Below are positions 43,708 through 51,337 of a stretch of DNA of 51,337 nt, one piece after another. A program made the position numbers and the translations under genes. The stretch comes from a virus (taxonomy: Duplodnaviria > Heunggongvirae > Uroviricota > Caudoviricetes), in the IMG/VR virus record IMGVR_UViG_3300043399_001190; one strand, 5' to 3'. The stretch's first letter is position 1. The number at the start of each line of letters is the position of its first letter. The notes beneath the pieces were generated by a model that did no database searches, was not told the origin of the DNA, and worked only from the letters and a program-made list of their open reading frames with translations.

Positions 43708-46700
43708 ATGCTTAATTTTAATGTAGATCCATACTACGACGATTTTGATCCAGGTAAAAATTTCCATAGAATTTTGTTTAGACCTGGTCGTGCAGTTCAA
43801 GCAAGGGAACTGACACAATCGCAAACAATTTTACAAGATCAAATCAGTAAATTTGCTAATCATATATTTAAGCAGAATACTCCCGTTACAGGCGGTCAAG
43901 TTACGGTCAATAGTAGAGCAGTATACTTAAAGCTCAATGAAACATATAATGATAATGACATTGTTGCTTCTGACTTTTTAAATCAAGTAATTACTGATTC
44001 AACTGGAGTTGTTTTTGCTAAAGTTGTGGCAACAGAAGAAGCAGTTTCTGGTGATCCTCCAACATTAATCGTTACTTATCTTTCGGGTAAACAATTCAGT
44101 GCAGGTGATATTATCATTTCTACCACAAGTAGCACTACAGCTCAAATTGCTCCAACGAATTTTACAGGATTCGCCACAACAGCATCTATTTCTGAAGGTG
44201 TCTTTTACATTGTAAATGGTTATTCCTTTTCGAATGTACAAAATCCAGATGGTTCTTATTCAAGATTTTCTATAGGTAATTTCGTATCTGTTTTACCACA
44301 AACTATTATTGTACAAAAATATGGAAATACACCAACAAGAAGAATTGGTCTGTCAATTTCCGAATTCGTTTCTGATTACGTAACAGATCCATCGTTGTTA
44401 GATCCAGCCGTAGGTGCAACTAATTACCAAGCTCCAGGTGCTGATCGTTATACAATTAAATTGTATCTGGATACAAAACCCATTGAACTCGGTAATGATT
44501 CCGGTTTCATTGAACTTGTAAGAATTACAAATGGTGTTGTACAGCGTTTGGTTAATGGTACAGTATATGCAACCATTGATGATTATTTCGCCAAAAGAAC
44601 TTTCGACACAAACGGTGATTTCGTAGTTAACGATTTCAAATTGGTACCTAGAGCAAACACAGCAAACTCCCAAACATACCAAGTTCAAATCGGTACAGGT
44701 ATTGCTTATGTGAAAGGTTATAGAGTTGAATCTAATCTAGAAACTGTAGTTGAAGCACCTCGCGCAAGAACGACAGAGTTAATTAACAATAATAATCTTA
44801 CACTAGATTACGGTAACTACATATATGTTAATAATGCAAACGGTGTTTTTGATGTTACAAAAGTAGTTCAAGTAGATTTCCACACAATTAATGTCAACAC
44901 ATCAATTGTAACAACGAATACCACCACATACAGTTCCACAAAAGCAGGTTCAGCTTTACTTCGTGGGCTTGAATATGAAACTGCTTCAGATTCTGCGAAC
45001 ACACAAACGTATGTTTACAAAGCATATCTGACAGATTTGCAAAACTTTTCATTGAGTTCAAATGCAGCAGCAGCAACGACAACAACAATTCAATTCTTTG
45101 ACACAAATGGCAAATTCAGTTCTGTTGCTAATGCATACTATGGTGTAACACTTTCTATTGATTCCGGTACTTCTGCTGGAGATGTTAGAAAAATTGTATC
45201 TTACAATGGTACAACAAAAACTGCTACAGTTGACAGAGCATTCACAGTCACACCAACAATAAATTCTCAATTTACATTAAGATTTGATGTAGGTAATTAC
45301 AACATGATGGTAACACCGTCTTCAGATGCGGCGAATGTTGTATCTTCTGCTGGTGTTGACAATCTAAGTAAAACTGACGGTATAGTATCTGGGGTAAGCA
45401 ATTTACCAACAGTGATTACAAATCCAACTTCACCTGAATTAATTTTCCCGGTTGGTTTCCCTTATGTTTACAATTTAAATGATGAAACATATCAATCATG
45501 GAAAATGTCTCGTTCGGTTAATTTTGCTTCCGGTGTAGGTCTGTTTACTCTAACAGGCGACATTACATTTGTTGGCAACTCAGGAACACAATCTTCAACT
45601 GAAGCGAGAAATAATTGGCTAGTAGTTAAAAGTACAGGTGAGATTATAAATTTCACCTCAACAAATACAATATCTCTAGATGCAACAAAAAAGATTGCAA
45701 CACTTACTGTACCCGGCGGTTCAACATTTACTGCAACAATCTTGGCTAGAACTGCCATAACAGACGCGGGCACAACAGGTGTTGCATTGAAAATTAAGAA
45801 CCTTGTAAATGCAAATACAACAAATGTTAATTTAGCAGGCACTGATGTTGGTGGTGTTAAAGTTGATTTGACGAACGCACAAGTTTATGTCCCAGCAAGC
45901 AATGTCGTTACACCAGGAAATAAGCAATCATTGTATGTGTGTGATGTTAAGAGAATTGTTAAAATTATTGACACTCTTACGCCAACACAGGCACCAATTG
46001 ATGCTATGTTGACAAACTCGGCATATGATGTTACAAACAACTTTATATTTGATAATGGTCAGACTGATGCATATTATGGCCACGCGACAGTAACATTGAG
46101 AAAAGGTGCGCCGCAAATCAAAGGTCAAATGTTGATTTTATTTGACTACTATCAACATGGTGGTGGTGATGGTTATTTCAGTATCAACTCTTATCTCGGT
46201 GCAGGAGATGGTGGTGTATCATCAAGCCCAGAAAATTATTCACAAATTGGAACTTATACAGGCAAAGTTTCTGGTATAACATATAATCTAAGAGACTGTA
46301 TTGACTTCAGACTTAGTGCAATAAATGCACAAGCTACATTGAGTTTCAGATATTCAACATCCATAACAGGCTCAGGTGGAGCTTTATTACCGGTTGATTC
46401 AAGTACATTTATTTCCGATTATCAACATTATCTTGGAAGAAATGATATACTTGTTTTAACGAAAGATAACAGCTTTAAATTGATTACAGGTAAGCCATCA
46501 AATTATCCAACTTTCCCATTGCAACCAGATGGAAGCTTGTTGTTGGCTGAACTTTCATTAGATCCATACACAGCATTTTTACCTGGCGAAACAACAAGAG
46601 TTTTACCAAATCTGTCAACGAATAAGATTCAACATAAGCGTTGGAGAATGCAAGATATTTCCGATTTGCAAACTCGCGTTAACAATATTGAATACTACAC

Positions 46701-49700
46701 TTCATTAAGTCTATTGGAAAAACAAGCAGCAGACTTACAAATTCCTGATGCAAATGGTTTAAATAGATTCAAAAACGGTATTCTTGTTGATAATTTCACC
46801 AGTTTTGGTACTGCTGATCCTGCAAATGAAGATTACAATGCAAAGATCAATAGAAGATTAACTTTCATGACTGCCGCAGATTGGCAATTGAATACACCAT
46901 TAGTACCAAAAGATGGATTGAATGCTTTAGGGAATCTATCAACAACCGCACAAAACAATCTATCTTACAGATATCATACAAAAACTGGTGGTGCAACAAG
47001 TGTTATAACATTGCCATATACAACTGCAAATATGGCAAGCCAAAAATTGGCAAGTAACACAGTTAGTTTGAATCCATTTGCTGTTTCTGTTGATGAGGGG
47101 GTTTTAAATATTAATCCACCTATGGACATGTGGGTTCAAACTGGGCGTGAACCCGATATTGTTGTTGTTGATCCAACTTTGACATTGTTTAGAGAAGGTA
47201 ACACACTCAACACACTTTCTGCATCAGATTGGCAAGGTATTTCTGGTACGCAAGTAACAACGACCACACAATCTGGTAGAACTGTTACAGTAAGCACATA
47301 TCAAGATCAACAAAGATCAGTTATTTCGGGAAATTATGATAAAGTTACATCAGTAACAGGTAATTTTATTACAGACATTTCTGTACAGCCATACATTAGA
47401 GCGCAGAATTTAATTATTCGTGCTAAAGGTATGAAAATTAACACACCTGTCAGTGTTTATTTTGACAATGTGAATGTTAATCAATACATGATACAACCAA
47501 ACGTTATTGTACTTTCAAATGTTTCAGGCACATTTGAAGAAGGTGATGTTATTGGATATTTGTCAGGTGGTACATTTATACCAACAGCGAGAGTATTATC
47601 CGTAACTAAGTTGTCAGGAAATTCTGTAAGACTTTATGTTTCTTCAGATGCAGCGACGACCGCATATTCCACAACAAACTATTTGGGTAACGCACGTTTT
47701 AATGAAAATGGTGTCTATGTTAGTAACACTGCGTTTGGTATATACTCGTCCGCTGCATCTTCACAGATTAGTTTAAGCGGAAAAGTCATTGGTACTTCAG
47801 GCGGAACTTCAGGAAATTTACCTGGCGGAGCTTCATATCAAACTGGTGCAACATCTGTTACTCTTTCACCAACAGCATCATCAGTGAATAATTTCTACAA
47901 TGGGTCAACAATAACTTTCACAACCACAAATCAAGTTGCAAAAACGATATCTGGAAATCCAACAACACAGATGCTATGTGATAATGAAACGTGTTGGATT
48001 GACGTAGTACCCTCAACACAAACTATTTGGGAAACCTATACGCAGACATTTACTTCGACCATAACAGCTTATAATGGTACAACAAAAGTGGCAACACTTT
48101 CAACTCCGGTAAATATTTCCAGAGGTGAAAATGCACAACAGTCTGGTCAAAAGAAAATTGATGTTACATCAACATATAGTATAAAAGGTACAACATTCTT
48201 AATGTCTCAAGGTACATCATCACAGGTTGTACCGACTTTATCAACAGATGAGTATGGTAACTTTAATGGAATATTCCAAGTTCCAGCAGGCACATTTAAA
48301 ACGGGTGATAGAATCCTTAGAGTTGACAATCGTACCGTTGAGAATAACCAAGATACAGCTACAACATTTGCACAAGGTATATTCACCGCATCTTCTATTG
48401 CCACAAAGAGTCAATCACTTAATTTTGGTGGAACAATTCAAGCTGCGGCAAAGAGCACAGTATTTACTTCAATTGAGCAACAAAATAATGTTTTAATCTA
48501 TCAATATAATTACACTGTTGATCCAGTAGCACAAACATTTATCATAGATCAAAACACATACCCTAATGGTGCATTTATTAAGTCCATTAAAGTGTTCTTT
48601 AAATCTAAGGCAACAGGAAATGCTGCACCACCAGTTCGACTGTTTGTTGTCGATACACTAAATGGATATCCAAGTGGTCAAGTTATTGATGGAACATTAG
48701 TTGTTAAAACTTCACAAGAAATTAATGTTTCAGATAATCCACAATATTTGGATGCAAGCGCCTATACGGAATTTGAATTTGATTATCCAGTTTATATTCG
48801 TTCGGGTAATTTGTATGCATTCATTTTACAGACAACATCACCAGATTATGTAATTTGGACAGCAGGGCAAAATGAAATTGCAGTGCCATCTTCTGTTAAA
48901 AATCTACCATCCGACTCACCACCTACAACTATTACGAAAATTGGTGGAACGCCTTATGTTGGTGCATTGTTTGAATCACAGAATGGTATTACTTGGACAG
49001 CAAATCAATCTAAACAGATGATGTTTGTTATCGACAACTGTATTTTTAATACAGCAGCATCACCGACAGTACAGTTCGTTGTACCTAAGAAAGTTCCTAC
49101 CAGAAAAATGGTTGGAATGGATCTACAATATTCAAGCGATGCTAATACCGTAATTAATCAAAATGGTATATTTTATGGGCAAGATGTTGCGGTGGATGCA
49201 TTTAATGTAACCACTACCGATTTCGAACCAACAGGTACATCGCTGTCTTATACTTATACACCAACTCTGTATAACAACGGTTCTTACACCGTTGATAGTA
49301 CAAAAACAGTTGAACCTGGTAAATTTGGTACATCTATGATAGACCACATTTATTTGGATGATGGTAAAGGTCAACGAGTTATTGATGCAAATTCTGCGAG
49401 TTCGTTTACATTAACTGCACAACTGTCTACAACCGATCAATATGTTTCTCCTGTTATTTCGGATGATGGTGTTTCACTGTATTCAGTTAAATACTTAATC
49501 AATAACATGAGCCTTGCAAACAGTGATATCACTGTTACAAGTGGTAATGTAACCAACATTACGGCCGTTTACACTTCGACACCAGCAGTAACAATTTCAG
49601 CACCAACAGCAATTGGTGGTGAACAAGCTTATGCAACAGCCAATGTGATTAGCATCGGTGGTGGTAATTATATTGTAGATAAGATCAATATAACAACTCC

Positions 49701-50217
49701 TGGTTCAGGTTACATTACTACACCAACAATAACTATTGCATCAAACGGTAGTGTAAGTGCAACTGCGGTTGTTGCAGGTGAAACCTCAGCGAAAGGTGGT
49801 AATGGTGCAGCAAAGTATATTACCAAGAAAGTTGTATTGACACCAGAAAATGACTCTGGTGACTTGAGAGTATACTACACTGCTTACAAACCAGTCGGTT
49901 CTCAGATTTATGTGTACTATAAGATTCTGAATAGAAATGATACTCAAAAATTTGAAGATCAAAATTGGCAACTGATGACTGACATTAGTGCAGGTTCAAA
50001 TACAAATTCATTGAGTCGTGATGACCTAAGAGAATTTGTTGCTGCACCTGGAACAAATGGAATTCCAGATAATAGAATTAGTTATACAAGCACAAGTGGT
50101 ATAACATATAATCAATTCAGTCAATTTGCTATCAAGATTGTATTGGCAACTTCTGACTCAACAAGAACACCAGTCATTCACGATTTGAGAGTTCTAGCTT
50201 TACCTTCAGGAGCATAA
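43708..50217 (+). CDS. large virion structural protein (VrlC/DUF4815-like)
   Basis: NVDPYYDDFD, LFRPGRAVQARELTQSQ, APGADR, NRFKNGILVDNF, DPVAQTF, DLRVLAL. Confidence 0.9.
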   Translation: MLNFNVDPYYDDFDPGKNFHRILFRPGRAVQARELTQSQTILQDQISKFANHIFKQNTPVTGGQVTVNSRAVYLKLNETYNDNDIVASDFLNQVITDSTGVVFAKVVATEEAVSGDPPTLIVTYLSGKQFSAGDIIISTTSSTTAQIAPTNFTGFATTASISEGVFYIVNGYSFSNVQNPDGSYSRFSIGNFVSVLPQTIIVQKYGNTPTRRIGLSISEFVSDYVTDPSLLDPAVGATNYQAPGADRYTIKLYLDTKPIELGNDSGFIELVRITNGVVQRLVNGTVYATIDDYFAKRTFDTNGDFVVNDFKLVPRANTANSQTYQVQIGTGIAYVKGYRVESNLETVVEAPRARTTELINNNNLTLDYGNYIYVNNANGVFDVTKVVQVDFHTINVNTSIVTTNTTTYSSTKAGSALLRGLEYETASDSANTQTYVYKAYLTDLQNFSLSSNAAAATTTTIQFFDTNGKFSSVANAYYGVTLSIDSGTSAGDVRKIVSYNGTTKTATVDRAFTVTPTINSQFTLRFDVGNYNMMVTPSSDAANVVSSAGVDNLSKTDGIVSGVSNLPTVITNPTSPELIFPVGFPYVYNLNDETYQSWKMSRSVNFASGVGLFTLTGDITFVGNSGTQSSTEARNNWLVVKSTGEIINFTSTNTISLDATKKIATLTVPGGSTFTATILARTAITDAGTTGVALKIKNLVNANTTNVNLAGTDVGGVKVDLTNAQVYVPASNVVTPGNKQSLYVCDVKRIVKIIDTLTPTQAPIDAMLTNSAYDVTNNFIFDNGQTDAYYGHATVTLRKGAPQIKGQMLILFDYYQHGGGDGYFSINSYLGAGDGGVSSSPENYSQIGTYTGKVSGITYNLRDCIDFRLSAINAQATLSFRYSTSITGSGGALLPVDSSTFISDYQHYLGRNDILVLTKDNSFKLITGKPSNYPTFPLQPDGSLLLAELSLDPYTAFLPGETTRVLPNLSTNKIQHKRWRMQDISDLQTRVNNIEYYTSLSLLEKQAADLQIPDANGLNRFKNGILVDNFTSFGTADPANEDYNAKINRRLTFMTAADWQLNTPLVPKDGLNALGNLSTTAQNNLSYRYHTKTGGATSVITLPYTTANMASQKLASNTVSLNPFAVSVDEGVLNINPPMDMWVQTGREPDIVVVDPTLTLFREGNTLNTLSASDWQGISGTQVTTTTQSGRTVTVSTYQDQQRSVISGNYDKVTSVTGNFITDISVQPYIRAQNLIIRAKGMKINTPVSVYFDNVNVNQYMIQPNVIVLSNVSGTFEEGDVIGYLSGGTFIPTARVLSVTKLSGNSVRLYVSSDAATTAYSTTNYLGNARFNENGVYVSNTAFGIYSSAASSQISLSGKVIGTSGGTSGNLPGGASYQTGATSVTLSPTASSVNNFYNGSTITFTTTNQVAKTISGNPTTQMLCDNETCWIDVVPSTQTIWETYTQTFTSTITAYNGTTKVATLSTPVNISRGENAQQSGQKKIDVTSTYSIKGTTFLMSQGTSSQVVPTLSTDEYGNFNGIFQVPAGTFKTGDRILRVDNRTVENNQDTATTFAQGIFTASSIATKSQSLNFGGTIQAAAKSTVFTSIEQQNNVLIYQYNYTVDPVAQTFIIDQNTYPNGAFIKSIKVFFKSKATGNAAPPVRLFVVDTLNGYPSGQVIDGTLVVKTSQEINVSDNPQYLDASAYTEFEFDYPVYIRSGNLYAFILQTTSPDYVIWTAGQNEIAVPSSVKNLPSDSPPTTITKIGGTPYVGALFESQNGITWTANQSKQMMFVIDNCIFNTAASPTVQFVVPKKVPTRKMVGMDLQYSSDANTVINQNGIFYGQDVAVDAFNVTTTDFEPTGTSLSYTYTPTLYNNGSYTVDSTKTVEPGKFGTSMIDHIYLDDGKGQRVIDANSASSFTLTAQLSTTDQYVSPVISDDGVSLYSVKYLINNMSLANSDITVTSGNVTNITAVYTSTPAVTISAPTAIGGEQAYATANVISIGGGNYIVDKINITTPGSGYITTPTITIASNGSVSATAVVAGETSAKGGNGAAKYITKKVVLTPENDSGDLRVYYTAYKPVGSQIYVYYKILNRNDTQKFEDQNWQLMTDISAGSNTNSLSRDDLREFVAAPGTNGIPDNRISYTSTSGITYNQFSQFAIKIVLATSDSTRTPVIHDLRVLALPSGA

Positions 50218-50218
50218 A

Positions 50219-50446
50219 ATGTTGGTTGAAGTAAAAGATACAAAATATGTACGTGACACAAAATCTATGGCACTGATTAATACCGATAGCAGTGCCAGAG
50301 ATGAATATTATTCGAAAGTTAGAATTCTTTCCAACCAAAAGGAAGAAATAAATAAACTTAGAACAGAAGTGTCAACGGTCAAAGAAGACATTACAGAAAT
50401 AAAACAACTGTTAAAGCAATTAATAGGTAAAGGCGAAAATGGCTAA
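50219..50446 (+). CDS. small coiled-coil protein downstream of the VrlC-like gene
   Basis: VRDTKSMALINTD...EINKLRTEV...IKQLLKQL. Confidence 0.8.
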   Translation: MLVEVKDTKYVRDTKSMALINTDSSARDEYYSKVRILSNQKEEINKLRTEVSTVKEDITEIKQLLKQLIGKGENG

Positions 50447-51337
50447 TCAAGTTACACCACTAAGTCTAGCAAATACGTTTGGTAATTGGCTAGTAACAAC
50501 AAATCAAGTACTAGCTGAAGTCAATGATCTTGGTGCTAACAATTACACCAAAGGTTCTGGAACATTTATTATAAATTCAGCCGGCACAGGTTTACAAGTT
50601 ACGAACGATGCAATTGTTCAGGGAGCATTTCAAGTAACCGGATCAGGTTCTTCAGCATCGATACAGAATAATTTGACCGTTTCTGGCACAATCAGAGCAG
50701 CGAATACAACAACAAATCCTTCGGGAGCTTTAGGTCTCCGTGTTGATGGTACAGCAAATATTGCAAATTTAAATGTTACTGGCGCAGGTGTGGATGGTGG
50801 TGGTTTTTCATTAATTGTTGGAAACAATGCAAACATTAGAGGTTTTGCACAAGCAAATACAGCAAATGTTGGAACACTATCAGCAGTCACCAGAGTTATT
50901 GGTCAAACAATCACAGCCAATAACGAATTAAATGCTGGTTCGGCTAATGTTGTAAACACAATTCAAGCCAACACTGCTAATGTGGGAACATTATCCGCAG
51001 TTACGACGGTTGTTGGTCAAACAATTACTGCGAACGGGCAACTTAATGCAGGTTCAGCAAACGTAGTTGGAACTATTTTGGGTGGTGTCATAACTTCAAA
51101 CACACATCTAAACAGTGCCACATTAAATGTGGATTCTTACGGAAGAATTGCCACAACTTTAAATGTCGGTGTTGTTTCGGTTAATACAAGTGTATATGCA
51201 AGTTCTGTTAACGCTACAACATTATTTTCTAACACAACAATTGGTGCATTAGGTTCATTGAATGTTGCTGGTGTAGGTGTTATTGCTGGTGCGTTAAACA
51301 CAGCATCCGTTTGGGCGAATAATTTTGTTGCAACACC
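50439..51337 (+). CDS. tail fibre-like protein (5' part, runs off window)
   Basis: MANQVTPLSLANTFGNWLVTTN...; open frame, Asn/Thr/Gly/Ala rich; absent from the ORF track because it has no stop. Confidence 0.8.
   Translation, partial: MANQVTPLSLANTFGNWLVTTNQVLAEVNDLGANNYTKGSGTFIINSAGTGLQVTNDAIVQGAFQVTGSGSSASIQNNLTVSGTIRAANTTTNPSGALGLRVDGTANIANLNVTGAGVDGGGFSLIVGNNANIRGFAQANTANVGTLSAVTRVIGQTITANNELNAGSANVVNTIQANTANVGTLSAVTTVVGQTITANGQLNAGSANVVGTILGGVITSNTHLNSATLNVDSYGRIATTLNVGVVSVNTSVYASSVNATTLFSNTTIGALGSLNVAGVGVIAGALNTASVWANNFVAT
50850..51077 (+). repeat. 38-aa coding tandem duplication in the fibre gene
   Basis: QANTANVGTLSAVTxVxGQTITANxxLNAGSANVVxTI occurs twice, period 114 nt. Confidence 0.85.

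Noticed and set aside
1-51337. Stop-codon reassignment
   Set aside because: Core genes are full length under the standard code, and TAA, TGA and TAG all terminate genes.

Overview
This is a 51-kb segment of an AT-rich T4-like (Tevenvirinae-related) myovirus, probably aquatic. The tmRNA tag and a PhaR-like box suggest a betaproteobacterial host (inference). The left part (1-14.4 kb) is an early/accessory region with three AAA+ ATPases, many small ORFs, a phasin-like gene, a GT-A glycosyltransferase, a free-standing HNH-type nuclease, and DenV-like, MazG-like, PhoH and PD-(D/E)XK exonuclease genes. Its sigma70-type promoters repeatedly sit inside inverted repeats. At 14.4-18.3 kb is a late cassette of three paralogous six-repeat beta-propeller-like genes plus two accessory genes. 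At 18.3-19.9 kb is a circularly permuted (two-piece) tmRNA gene, preceded by a broken older acceptor-piece copy that is interrupted exactly at the T-loop by an HNH endonuclease cassette. Then come a SleB-like hydrolase, gp33, gp59, a HAD nucleotidase and gp32. A minus-strand tail block follows (gp4, GT4-FkbM fusion, gp2, gp54/19-like, gp26 and gp51 linked by a probable -1 frameshift, and two tape-measure-like paralogs). The plus-strand baseplate block ends the window (gp48, 53, 27-like, 5, 25, 6, 7-like, 8, a VrlC-like giant protein and the start of a fibre gene). All family assignments come from motif recognition and synteny; no searches were run.
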